A stretch of 64,000 nucleotides of DNA, taken from an uncultured Gammaproteobacteria bacterium (lineage in GTDB: Bacteria; Patescibacteriota; Patescibacteriia; Magasanikbacterales; GWA2-37-8). The notes below the pieces were generated by a model, which ran no database searches, was not told where the DNA came from, and saw only the letters and a list, made by a program, of their open reading frames with translations. Of the stretch, positions 19,477 through 29,900 are shown one piece after another. The stretch spans positions 88,835 to 152,834 of the forward strand of contig CAZINT010000004.1 of NCBI GenBank assembly GCA_964540825.1, in the 5' to 3' direction. The first letter of the stretch is position 1. The number at the start of each line of letters is the position of its first letter. The position numbers were made by a program, and so were the translations under genes.

Positions 19477-19923
19477 ATGCGTTCACAGACGAGCTTGTTG
19501 TTGGTCGTCGTGGCACTTCTTGCCTCCGCCTGCACGCCGCAGCTGCAGGTTCGGGACCCCCGCCCGGAGATGAGGTCGGGCACGGTCTTCATGGCTGCAC
19601 AAGCCATGGCCGTGATGCCGATCAAGTTCGTCCCTGCTCCGCTGCCCTCCAAGCCGGGCATGTCCTACGCGTTCGATCTGAATGACGGCTTCGGAGAGCG
19701 CACGCTGCGCTGCCCAGGGAGCTACTCGCTCCGGGTGGCGCTCCGGCGCCTGGACGAAAAGGATGATCGTCAGATCGTCTATCCGCCCACTCGCGACACG
19801 AGAGGGCAAACCTCGATCACGATCGACCCCGTCCGTGCCAAAGGAGTGTATCCGGGAGTGCAGGTCGCCTACCTGGTCGACTGCATGATCCCGCCGCCTC
19901 GCGTGGCGACCCGAACGCCCTAA
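19477..19923 (+). CDS. Putative lipoprotein, strongly GC-rich gene (compositional outlier)
   Basis: AAGGAGG-6nt-ATG; signal/lipobox MRSQTSLLLVVVALLASAC; GC-rich third codon positions unlike neighbours. Confidence 0.55.
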   Translation: MRSQTSLLLVVVALLASACTPQLQVRDPRPEMRSGTVFMAAQAMAVMPIKFVPAPLPSKPGMSYAFDLNDGFGERTLRCPGSYSLRVALRRLDEKDDRQIVYPPTRDTRGQTSITIDPVRAKGVYPGVQVAYLVDCMIPPPRVATRTP

Positions 19924-20008
19924 CACCGCCCCCCCCCTTATTCCGCCATCCCTCGTCCGTTCCTATTCCAGGACGCGGGATGGCGTGTTATCTACTTTTT
20001 TCAAAAAA

Positions 20009-20040
20009 CAAAACATCTTTGCATTTGCAAAGATGTTTTT
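20009..20040. terminator. Bidirectional terminator between GC-rich gene and giant protein gene
   Basis: AAACATCTTTGCA-t-TGCAAAGATGTTT perfect 13-bp palindrome with flanking A/T runs. Confidence 0.6.
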
Positions 20041-20045
20041 ATGTT

Positions 20046-23000
20046 TTATGGCGTGCTGGTTGGCGTCTCACTTTCCTCCGCCACGGACGGCGTTGAGCTT
20101 GCATCACTGGGCGGGGCTCCATCGAGCGCTGCGGTTGAAGAAGCCACCTCGACAACTGGTGTTTCCGCGGGAGAGGCGTCTAGCGTAGTCGTTGAAACGG
20201 TTTCAGGAACAGGATTACTTTTATTTTGATCTCGCCGTTTAGCGACCACAATCCAGTCAAACGTAGCAGTGCCAGCACTACCGTCAATTTCCCTTACCAC
20301 AAAACCTTGAGCTGATTTTTCAGCAACATAGACGCCCTTTGAGCCTGCTGAGGTAAGCGTCACCGTTACTTTAAGCGGCTGAGCCTGGTCAATAATATCC
20401 TGCGTTCCTTGATCGAAGACAATGCGTGCTTCGCCCGCGACAAGTGCGGACGAACTCGAGAAGACAAATTCTGATGTGGGCGACTGAACAGCAAACATAT
20501 CTTGCGTCCCGACCGATGTAGTAAGATGTGTTATAAAATGCCCCTCAGCATCAATAGACCATTTTTTATCTTTCGAAGTAATTGCCGCAACATTCAAAAG
20601 CACATGGCCTTGCAGGTTTAAATCACCGCCTTGATACATTAATTGTCCTTTTGGTGCTTCAACTTTCAAGTCATTACCACCATTTGCAAGATCAATGCCT
20701 TGAGCTGTTGCGAGCTGTTCTAGGTTAGTTTGGAGCGAGGTAATATTTTTGTTTTGTGAGTAGGCCCAACCGGTTCTAATGAGCGCGGGGATTTTTCCTT
20801 CGGTTCCACTGAAGGGGTCAAGCGCAATACCAATCACCCCAACCATCTTTTGGCTGTTATCAAGTGTGGGATCGTATTTCATCGCGTAGCCGGGTTTCGA
20901 CGATGCCACAAGAAGATCTCCGCGATTAATCAAACCATTTTCATTAACTACTTTAACCGGCACACGGCCAACCATAGCAAGCACAGCGGTAGTATCGGTT
21001 TTGCCCCTGCCTACCACGATGGTTGGGTTGGTTGAAATGACACCAGCAACTGCCACATCGTATGCCGCACCGCTGCGGCGATAGGTGTCCGGACTATTTG
21101 GGTCAACAATCATAACATCCCCAGCTTCAGCAATATCGTCAGCAGCTATATCTACACGTTCAGCTAAATCGCCGGGATTAGTCGAGGATCCAAAGGTTGC
21201 GCTCGCACCATAATAATTTCCCACGGTATTAACGTCACCATTAGCTGCTACGGAGAAAACCGGCGTGTCGTGCGCTCGGAGTGAAAACACAATTCGATCA
21301 GGCGTACTGGTTGGCGCAAAATTTGCGGCATTTAAAATAAACGCCCTAGCATTAGCAAAATCGCCCACATTTGAAGTTAAAAGACTACTTGTGGCAAACG
21401 AAATGGTATTGAGCGATGTCGAGAGGAGCGACAAGTTACCGTTGAGTGCAAAGTTATACGGCGTTGTTGAACTGCCGACAATAATATTCTTATTTTCCGT
21501 ATCAATGGTAAGTGTTTGGTTGAGGTTGCTCGTTGCCGCAGCGGACGAATCAATATTTACAAAGGTCGTAATCGTACCGCTGCCATTACCGGTAAAGTTT
21601 TCCATCGCAATACCAATAGTTGGCTGACCTGCCACAGCCTTAACCGCAACACCTGAAATTGACGAAGCGGAAAGTTTGTCCCCAACAGTAATTGGGCCGT
21701 TAAGGCTAGAAACAACTAAAGGCACGCGACCAGCCAAGGCCAGCGAGACCATTTTGGTTCCACTTGCAAAAACCGCGTCCTCCGGCCCCCACTCTGTCAG
21801 CAGCAGACCAGGTTTAGTCGAAACGATACCAATAGCGTGCGGGTGATCTTTAATATCAGCTTTTACTACTCGATTAGGATTATTTTTATCAAGCGCAACA
21901 ACATCACCTGGTTTTAAGGTTGGATCATCTGTCAGATATGATTCAGCTAAATCAAACCCGGAAAGATATGCTTGTTTGGCATAAATTTCTTGAGAATAGA
22001 TCTTATAAAAATACTGCCGTGAGTTACCGAGTGAAGTGCCTGAAAGAGCCGTTGTCGTCCTGCACCCGCCATTATCGAAATCATTGTCTGAGCACCCCTG
22101 CCACATCATCAGGTCTCCGGTGTCTGATTTGTAGTAAAAAGCAGTGAGGACACCGGCACCACTACGAACTAAAGACAGACCCTTGGTGTAATTAAAGGGG
22201 TCTGGCGACCCAAAAGGAAGTTGTGAATTTGTTCCTGAATAACAATTTACGCTGCCGCAGGAATAAATAAAGGGGTCGGTATCTGAATCAGTTATACGCT
22301 TTAAAAATGCAACTGCAGGTATTCCTCTACTGTCTATAGCAATACTTGGCCACGCCCCCTGGCTGCTCGTATGGTTTCCAACGGAAAGTGAGGTCTGTGA
22401 GATATTTGAACAAGCTGCGCTTTGACACGGACCAAAATACACGTTTGCATCTCCGTCATCATAGTAAGCTAAAAAAGGAACGCTTAACCCGCCAGGGCTT
22501 CCGGATTGGAAACCTCCATCAGCTTTGGCCATGCCAAGAGTAATATAACCACCTTCGTTTCCAACGTTATTGTCAATGGTATTGCCAAAAGAAAATGACG
22601 CACAGCGGATTGCTTGACAGTGAATCATCTTGATGGCGTTATTATTATCCTTAAACGCTATAAGTGGTGTGCCGTCTGAGGCGATAACCATTTTGATATA
22701 AGGATCAGTAGCGAGACTGGTTGACAGCGTAGAAGAAGCATCAAAGGCCGAACAATCCTCAGCAGTACAGTGTTTAAAAAGCAGATTATTTTCTGTTGAA
22801 TTTTGGTATGCTACTACCGGCATTCTATCCTGACCAACCGCTACTGCACTATATTTTCCATTATCCGAAAAAGTATCAAGCGTTCGGATACTAGCGGTAC
22901 TACAATCAACACTATAGCATTTCGCTAATTTAAGTTTTTGGTTAGTCGCATCATAATAAGTAAGAATCGGATACCCATCCGCACTGATGACCATAGAGGG

Positions 23001-26000
23001 ATTCTTACCGACATCCCCGGTCGAATCCAGGACTACTTCCGTATGAGAAGAACAGTTTTGAACACTACAGTGCATGACTATAAGATCAGCATTAGTAATG
23101 TCGTAATACGCAACAACCATAAGGTTATCACTGCCAACAACGGCAACTGGATAAGCGCCCACATCGTTTGTGGACACTAAAGTGCTTGAAGTACTTGTTG
23201 CGTTGCCTGCAATAGCGGTTGACGTAACGACACCGCTCAAAGGTACGATATTGCCCGCAATTTGGAGCGTACCGGAGCTAAAGATATTCCCGCTGCTATC
23301 AATATAAAGCCGACCAAGAGCATAAGCAGTGCTTGTATTAACCACAACCGCGGAAGTACGAGTAAATGTAGTTGTTGCCGAAAAAGTATTAAAACCAGTA
23401 AAATTTTGATCAGCTGTCAAAGAGGCTACATTAGCACCTCCGCCACAACCACTGCACGAGCCTACTGTAAGCGTTCCGATATAACCACTCGTTACATTTA
23501 AATTTTGAATGGTTGAACTTGCTGCTGTTGTGGTTGTAAATGTAGACGTTGCACTTACCCCGAGTGTTCCGGCAACATCTAATAAATTTACTGGCGCGCC
23601 AGTACCAATCCCCACATTGCCGCCAAAAATACCCAGCGTGTTTGCTTGGGATATAAAACCTGAAGCACCTCCGAGCCCAAAGCCAATTGAGTTAGTTCCG
23701 CCGCCGGTAATGGTCATATTTGTCCCAAGGGCAATTGAGTTGTTGCCTAGAGCGTGCGCTCCATTACCAAGCGCAATGGACGTGTCACCCCCAGCTTCAC
23801 TGCCAAAACCAGCTGCAAAAGCATTTTGATTCGTTACCGAGTTGCTACCGCCAAATGCAGCGCCATTATTTCCCGAAACGCTATTGCTTGCCCCCACCGC
23901 AATACCACGATCACTAACAATATTATTAAAACCAGCTGCAAAAGCATCACCCCCACTTGCAGTATTCCCCGTACCAAACACAGCCGAAGTATTTCCACTC
24001 GCTTTATTATTAAGGCCAAAAGCAACTGAATAATTTCCGATATTAGCATCGTCCCACTGTGTATTATTAACCGAACCAGCCCGAAACGCCGCTTTGTTTG
24101 GCACCCACATCAAACGAACACCTGCTCCATCATACGGTGTGACACCCGCCTCTCCAAGTGTGCCGATCGCCAAAATCGCCCCGTCTTTTATGGTAAATTT
24201 TGCCACCGGTGTTGAAGTGCCCACGCCAAGGCCACCGGAAAAGGAAGAGGTGGCGCTAAAAATATTTGAACCGGTAAATGTCTGATCAGCCGAGAGTGAT
24301 GCGCCTCCACCAGCCGAACAGCCTGTACACGTTCCAGTGACAACTAAATTGGTAATATTAGCCCGGGTGATCGAACTGCTGGCCATTGTAGTAGTGGTAA
24401 AAGTTGATGTACCCGTTACTGCAAGTGTACCGCCCACTGTCAAAAGTGAACTTGGAGTCAGTGTGCCGATACCAACATTACCGCCCATAATCGCTAACGT
24501 ATTGTTTTGGGAAAGCGTGCGAGAATTTGTATCAAGACCAATACCAACCGAATTATTTCCACTCACCGAAATTCTTGAGCCAAGCGCAATTGCCGAGGTT
24601 CCACCGGCGCTATTATTGGCACCGATCGCCGTAGAACCGGTGCCACCTGCAGAGGTATTGCCTGTACCGATCGCTGCTGCCGAGCTTGCGCCGCTCACCG
24701 TGTTGCTCAAACCAGCTGCAAAACCACCGCCGCCGCCATTAATAGTATTGCTCGTTCCAAAAGCAGCTGAGTAGGTTACTGTGACGTTATTACTGCCACC
24801 AAAAGCAACTGAGCCAGTTTGAGTAACCGTATTGCCGGTTCCACCTGCAAATGCCCTATCACCTGACACCTGATTATTTTCGCCAAAAGCAGCTGAATAA
24901 ACTCCGATATTTGCCGCATCCCACTGCGCCCCATTTATATAGCCCGCTCTAAAGGCGGCTTTGTTCGGAATCCACATAAGCCGCGTACCTGCACCATCAT
25001 ACGGAGTTGTACCTGCCCCGCCAAACGTTCCGACGGCCAAAACCGCTCCTTCACTCACCGTTAGCTTGGCTACTGGTGTTGACGTTCCCACACCAAGCCC
25101 AGCGCTAAACGAAGACGTCGCGCTAAAAACATTGGCACCAGTAAAGGTTTGGCTTGCCGATAACGACGCACCACTCGCTGCACAGCCAGTACACGTACCA
25201 TTTATAACTAAATTGGTAATATTGGCATTCGTAATGGTTGAACTGGCAATAGTCGTAGTTGTAAACGTGGTCGTAGCACTGAATACATTTAGGCCTGTAA
25301 AAGTCTGATTACCTGCTAAATACCCTAGCACGCCTGTGCCCCCAATGCTTGCTAAATTAATACCGCTTACCGTTCCATTAACTACCAAGTTGGAAACATT
25401 TGCATTGGCAATACTTGAACTAGCTATAGTAGTGGTGGCAAACGTCGATGTCGCACTAAAGGTATTGAGGCCAGTAAATGCTTGGGTATTGCCGAGATAT
25501 GCCAAAACACCCGTCCCAAAAATACTTCCGAGAGAAATGCCACTTACCGTACCGTTTACCGTTAAATTAGTGATGTTTGCAGTGCCGATTGTCGAACTGG
25601 CAACTGTTGTTGTGCTAAGTGTTGTAGTAGCGTTAAAAGTGTTTAAACCATTAAATATTCCTGAACCATTAACAACTAAACTATCCGCGGTCAGAGCATT
25701 AATACCGGTAATATTGTTACCTCCAAGCATTAAATTGCCGGCGAGCGTTCCGCCGGCGAGCGGTAAATAGTTACTTGCCGTGATAGAATCAGCCACCATA
25801 GCATCAGTAATACTGTTCGAGGGTAAAGAAACCGACCCATTAACCGTTAAGGCAACAATATTCGCACTATTTATAGTACTGCTAGCAATGGTAGAGGTTG
25901 TAAAAGTAGTCGTAGCATTAAAAACATTGGCCCCAGCAAAAGTTTGTGAATTAGCAAGGTAGGCCAAAACACCGGTACCACCAACACTCCCTAAATTTAG

Positions 26001-26828
26001 GCCGGTCAATGTACCTGTCAAATTTAAATTATTAATCGAAGCATTCACTATAGTAGCGGTGGTAATCGTTGAACTTGCCGCTGTTGTTGTTGTAAAGGTC
26101 GTAGTAGCACTAAACGTATTAGCGCCCGTAAAAGTTTGCGTACCGGCAAGCGACGCGTCACCTGTTCCTGACCCACAGCCCACACAACTACCGGTTACTA
26201 CCAGATTAGTAATATTTGCATTCGTGATCGAAGAACTTGCCGCAGTTGAAGTAGCCAGTGTCACAAAACCGGTACTGGTAACATTGGTGAACCGAAAACC
26301 ACCTTGACTGTCTGACAATGGAATATACACCGAACTTGACGCCGTATTTAAACCGTAGCCATTTAAAAAACCCGCATTAATAGCATAGGGGCTAGCCGTA
26401 ATTTGCTTGCGCGGCGTCAGGACTTCAGCACCTACCACAAGCTGCAGGTATATCCCTGAATTATTTCTAAAAATACCCGGATCAAGCGGGTTCGTACCCG
26501 CCCCGCCTAAATCCACACTAAATATACCGCTTGAGGGCGTAATACTGAGCGCAGCCGGAGTCGCTACTGTACCAGCCGCGGTGTATAACAAATTACCTGC
26601 AGTAGCAGCATCGTAAAGTAAAAACTGAATGTTAAGTGCTGTATCGATTGGTGTATTGGTGCTATCTAAAATTTTGCCTTGGTACGTTACTATTGAGGGT
26701 GGCGCCGCCGGGGCAGCACGTCCAATTTGAGAAAACAAAAAAGCTCCTACAAAAAACAAAAACAAGCCAATGAAGAAGAATTCCCGGCGCACGCGAACGG
26801 AGTGAGTCTCTCTATTTTTTACATTCAT
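20046..26828 (-). CDS. Giant repeat-rich surface protein (2260 aa) with N-terminal signal anchor, beta-helix/tail-fibre-like repeats
   Basis: Single uninterrupted ORF; N-terminal hydrophobic segment FFFIGLFLFFVGAFLF; ~40-aa Thr/Ser-rich repeats (TFTGANxFSATTTF...SSTIxNANITNL), YadA-head-like SxAxG runs, CxxC 'AYYD' repeats, duplicated C-terminal beta domain; paralogous to 26909-32371. Confidence 0.85.
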   Translation of the reverse strand: MNVKNRETHSVRVRREFFFIGLFLFFVGAFLFSQIGRAAPAAPPSIVTYQGKILDSTNTPIDTALNIQFLLYDAATAGNLLYTAAGTVATPAALSITPSSGIFSVDLGGAGTNPLDPGIFRNNSGIYLQLVVGAEVLTPRKQITASPYAINAGFLNGYGLNTASSSVYIPLSDSQGGFRFTNVTSTGFVTLATSTAASSSITNANITNLVVTGSCVGCGSGTGDASLAGTQTFTGANTFSATTTFTTTTAASSTITTATIVNASINNLNLTGTLTGLNLGSVGGTGVLAYLANSQTFAGANVFNATTTFTTSTIASSTINSANIVALTVNGSVSLPSNSITDAMVADSITASNYLPLAGGTLAGNLMLGGNNITGINALTADSLVVNGSGIFNGLNTFNATTTLSTTTVASSTIGTANITNLTVNGTVSGISLGSIFGTGVLAYLGNTQAFTGLNTFSATSTFATTTIASSSIANANVSNLVVNGTVSGINLASIGGTGVLGYLAGNQTFTGLNVFSATTTFTTTTIASSTITNANITNLVINGTCTGCAASGASLSASQTFTGANVFSATSSFSAGLGVGTSTPVAKLTVSEGAVLAVGTFGGAGTTPYDGAGTRLMWIPNKAAFRAGYINGAQWDAANIGVYSAAFGENNQVSGDRAFAGGTGNTVTQTGSVAFGGSNNVTVTYSAAFGTSNTINGGGGGFAAGLSNTVSGASSAAAIGTGNTSAGGTGSTAIGANNSAGGTSAIALGSRISVSGNNSVGIGLDTNSRTLSQNNTLAIMGGNVGIGTLTPSSLLTVGGTLAVTGTSTFTTTTMASSSITRANITNLVVTGTCTGCSAGGGASLSADQTFTGSNIFSATSSFSGGLGVGTSTPVAKFTIKDGAILAIGTLGEAGVTPYDGAGVRLMWVPNKAAFRAGSVNNTQWDDANIGNYSVAFGLNNKASGNTSAVFGTGNTASGGDAFAAGFNNIVSDRGIAVGASNSVSGNNGAAFGGSNSVTNQNAFAAGFGSEAGGDTSIALGNGAHALGNNSIALGTNMTITGGGTNSIGFGLGGASGFISQANTLGIFGGNVGIGTGAPVNLLDVAGTLGVSATSTFTTTTAASSTIQNLNVTSGYIGTLTVGSCSGCGGGANVASLTADQNFTGFNTFSATTTFTRTSAVVVNTSTAYALGRLYIDSSGNIFSSGTLQIAGNIVPLSGVVTSTAIAGNATSTSSTLVSTNDVGAYPVAVVGSDNLMVVAYYDITNADLIVMHCSVQNCSSHTEVVLDSTGDVGKNPSMVISADGYPILTYYDATNQKLKLAKCYSVDCSTASIRTLDTFSDNGKYSAVAVGQDRMPVVAYQNSTENNLLFKHCTAEDCSAFDASSTLSTSLATDPYIKMVIASDGTPLIAFKDNNNAIKMIHCQAIRCASFSFGNTIDNNVGNEGGYITLGMAKADGGFQSGSPGGLSVPFLAYYDDGDANVYFGPCQSAACSNISQTSLSVGNHTSSQGAWPSIAIDSRGIPAVAFLKRITDSDTDPFIYSCGSVNCYSGTNSQLPFGSPDPFNYTKGLSLVRSGAGVLTAFYYKSDTGDLMMWQGCSDNDFDNGGCRTTTALSGTSLGNSRQYFYKIYSQEIYAKQAYLSGFDLAESYLTDDPTLKPGDVVALDKNNPNRVVKADIKDHPHAIGIVSTKPGLLLTEWGPEDAVFASGTKMVSLALAGRVPLVVSSLNGPITVGDKLSASSISGVAVKAVAGQPTIGIAMENFTGNGSGTITTFVNIDSSAAATSNLNQTLTIDTENKNIIVGSSTTPYNFALNGNLSLLSTSLNTISFATSSLLTSNVGDFANARAFILNAANFAPTSTPDRIVFSLRAHDTPVFSVAANGDVNTVGNYYGASATFGSSTNPGDLAERVDIAADDIAEAGDVMIVDPNSPDTYRRSGAAYDVAVAGVISTNPTIVVGRGKTDTTAVLAMVGRVPVKVVNENGLINRGDLLVASSKPGYAMKYDPTLDNSQKMVGVIGIALDPFSGTEGKIPALIRTGWAYSQNKNITSLQTNLEQLATAQGIDLANGGNDLKVEAPKGQLMYQGGDLNLQGHVLLNVAAITSKDKKWSIDAEGHFITHLTTSVGTQDMFAVQSPTSEFVFSSSSALVAGEARIVFDQGTQDIIDQAQPLKVTVTLTSAGSKGVYVAEKSAQGFVVREIDGSAGTATFDWIVVAKRRDQNKSNPVPETVSTTTLDASPAETPVVEVASSTAALDGAPPSDASSTPSVAEESETPTSTP

Positions 26829-26908
26829 ACATAGCTCAAAAATCTGGCTAATTGATTTTTGCCAGTCGAAATGAGCTTAAGGGACTATACCACAAAATTA
26901 AAATTTAC

Positions 26909-29900
26909 TTAAGGGTTTGAAGCGGAAGCATCGGCGGGCGTGCTGCTGGCGGCAACATTTAAAACTGTACTCGTACTTTCAGGGGACGGCCCACTGGTAA
27001 TTTCCGGATTCTGGGTGCTAAAGTTAGCTGAATCCATACTTTCCACCGTACTCGTTACTGCGCCTGAATCTTCGTCGGCATTTTTAGAAAAATCACTCGG
27101 CGCTTCGGGCGCAGGCATTGCTTCTGACGGCGGAGTGATTAAGTTATCAACAGGCGTAGTTGGAACAAGCCAATAATCAAAGGCCACATCTTCTTCTGCG
27201 GGAGTATCCAGCATAATTGTAAATGCACCCGCCTCCTTGTTTGAAACCCACCAAAAATGCTTGGGGTTATTTACGAAGGTGACAAAAATCTTAGTACTGG
27301 TGGTAAATAGACTGTTTTCCACTCGAACACTTGATTCGCCATTATTAATTGTTGCTTGTCCGATAGTTGTTTTGCTTTGATCTGAATTTGGCGTAATAAC
27401 AAGTTGTTTGGTGACAACCTGGTCGGCAGTCAATTTTTTAACACGGGCATTTCCTTGTTCGTCAATTTCCCAAGCATTATTCACGCCCTGAACCCGACCC
27501 ACCGCCAGAAGCGCGCGGCCCCCGAGCGATAAATCTTTAGCCAAAGTAATACGGCCTTCTTCGCTTGTGACGCTCATTGTTTCTACGTTTGCACTAAGAT
27601 TTTCGCTATTAGTGCCGGCCAAACTATCCACCGTTGCCTGTAAATCTGTTAGGGTCTTGGTCTGGCTATAGACCCAGCCGGTGCGGATCAAGGCGGCGAT
27701 TTTGCCTTGTTCTGCAGTAAGCGGATCGAGCGCAATACCAATGATACCAACCACTTTCGAACTTACATCAAGCGTTGGATCATACTTCATGGCGTAACCT
27801 GGGCGCGACGAAGCCACCAGCAAGTCACCACGCTGAATTGAGCCGTTTTCGTTAACCACTTTAACCGGAACACGACCGACCATCGCCAAATTTGCCGTAT
27901 AATCAGTTTTGCCTTTACCTACCACGATTGTTGGATTACTGGAGATTACCCCGGCAACAGCGCTGTCATACGAAGTGCTGCTGCGGCGATAGGTATCCGG
28001 ACTGTTGGGGTCAACAATCATAACATCCCCTGCTTCCGCAGTATCGTCGCTGGCAATATCTACTCTTTCAGCCAAATCCCCCGGGTTCGTTGACGAACCA
28101 AAGGTAGCACTGGCCCCATAGTAATTGCCGACCGTGTTTACGTCGCCGTTTGCAGCAACCGAAAATACCGGCGTATTATTTGAACGCAGTGAGAAAAGAA
28201 TGCGATCAGAGGTGCTTGTCGGCGCAAAATTCGGCGCATTAAGAATAAAGGCCTTGGCATTTTCAAAATCCTGAACATTGGCCGCAAGAAGCGTGGTGGT
28301 CGAGAATGATACTTTTACGATTGACGGATCAACCACAGACAGGTCGCCGTTTAAGACAACTGAATACGGCTCAGTTGATGTGCCAAAGGTAATAGAGTGG
28401 TCTGTGCTATTCACTGTGAGTCCTTGGTAAATATTACCAGATGATCCTGAATCAAGGTTTACAAAAGCCGTGATAACCCCGGTCGTACTACTTACAAAAT
28501 TATCCATTGCAATGGCAACAGTTCTTTTGCCGGTCGCTCGAGCTGCTGTACCTGGCGTATCAGAAAGTTCCAAACGGTCACCTACATGAATGTCACCATG
28601 GCTTGAATTAACCTTTACCGGTACACGTCCGGACAGCGCTACCGGAACATGGAAGCCGCCCGAACTGCTGTTTTTCCATTCTGACAAAAGTAAACCCGGC
28701 TCAGTTGATACAATCCCGATTACTTCATCAGCCGCAACCGCTCGCCGTACATACCCCGGACGCTCCGGATCAAACGCCACAACGTCCCCCGCGCCGAGTG
28801 TTGGGTCGCTCGTAGGGTAATCTTCGGCCACGTCAAACGCTGCAACCTGAAATCTTTTCCCAAGAAACTGATTGGCAAAAACATTATTGAAGTAAGCTCC
28901 TGCACTGCCCAAGTTTTGTCCGCCGCTAACTACCTGCGTGCTTGTAGCAATACAATCAATATCAGCACACCTTAAAAAATTAAGTTTTGAATTCCCGTAA
29001 TATGCCACTATCGGCAAACCATCGGCTCCTATCGCCAAGCTGTTGCCGTAACCTGTAGCCGATGCGCCATCAAGCAGTGTTGATGTGGACCCGTAGTTGC
29101 AGTTCGCTTCACCGCACGTATAGGCAAAGAGCTTAAAAGTGGTAGTCGCCGACTGATATACCGTAATAACACGCCCGTCAACACCAACTTTAATTGAATT
29201 ATAAAAACCCGGAAAAGGTACGTTGGAGTCAACTTCTTGGCCGGCTGCGCTGCCGCTTGTACAGTCTGCAGCGTTACATTTAAAAATAAGAAAACGATTA
29301 AAAAAGCTTTCCCGATAACTTATAACCGGGAAGTTATCGTTTCCGATGGTCATGGAAATAAACCTTCCCGGATCGCCGGTAGTATCCAGTGTAGTAATAA
29401 AAATTTTGCTTGTTACAGTACATGACGGTTCACCACATCTAGCAAAAACAACTGAATCATTTGTTGCGTTATAATAAGCCATTACCGGTCTTCCGTCCGT
29501 TGGAATTGCCAGCGTTACCTGTTGCCCTACATTGGACCCTGAGGTATCAACTCCCGTATCTGTTCGAGTGTTGCATGACAGATCGAGACAATGAATAAAC
29601 CTAACATCCGCATTGGCATCGTCGTAATAAGCAATCGCCGGCAAACCATCCTTGCCGACAGCAAGCGATAAATATGAACCTCCGAAATTTACGAACGAAT
29701 TACCTATACTAACAATATCTCTTGAGGAACAATCTAAGTTTGTACAGTGATAGAAGTTAATTCTCTGCCGAAAAGAATCGTATATAGCAACCGCTGGAAA
29801 ACCGTCTGATCCAACCACGGCTGAGACATCATTACCGCCTGCATCACCACCAAAAAGCGTGTTCTGTGTCGCAATTGTAGCACAAGTAACGTCAGCACAT

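Noticed and set aside
19362-19926. Minus-strand ORFs 19362-19661 and 19483-19926 overlapping the GC-rich lipoprotein gene
   Set aside because: The plus-strand frame has a promoter, AAGGAGG RBS and a convincing lipoprotein signal peptide; the minus frames are Arg-rich low-complexity mirror ORFs
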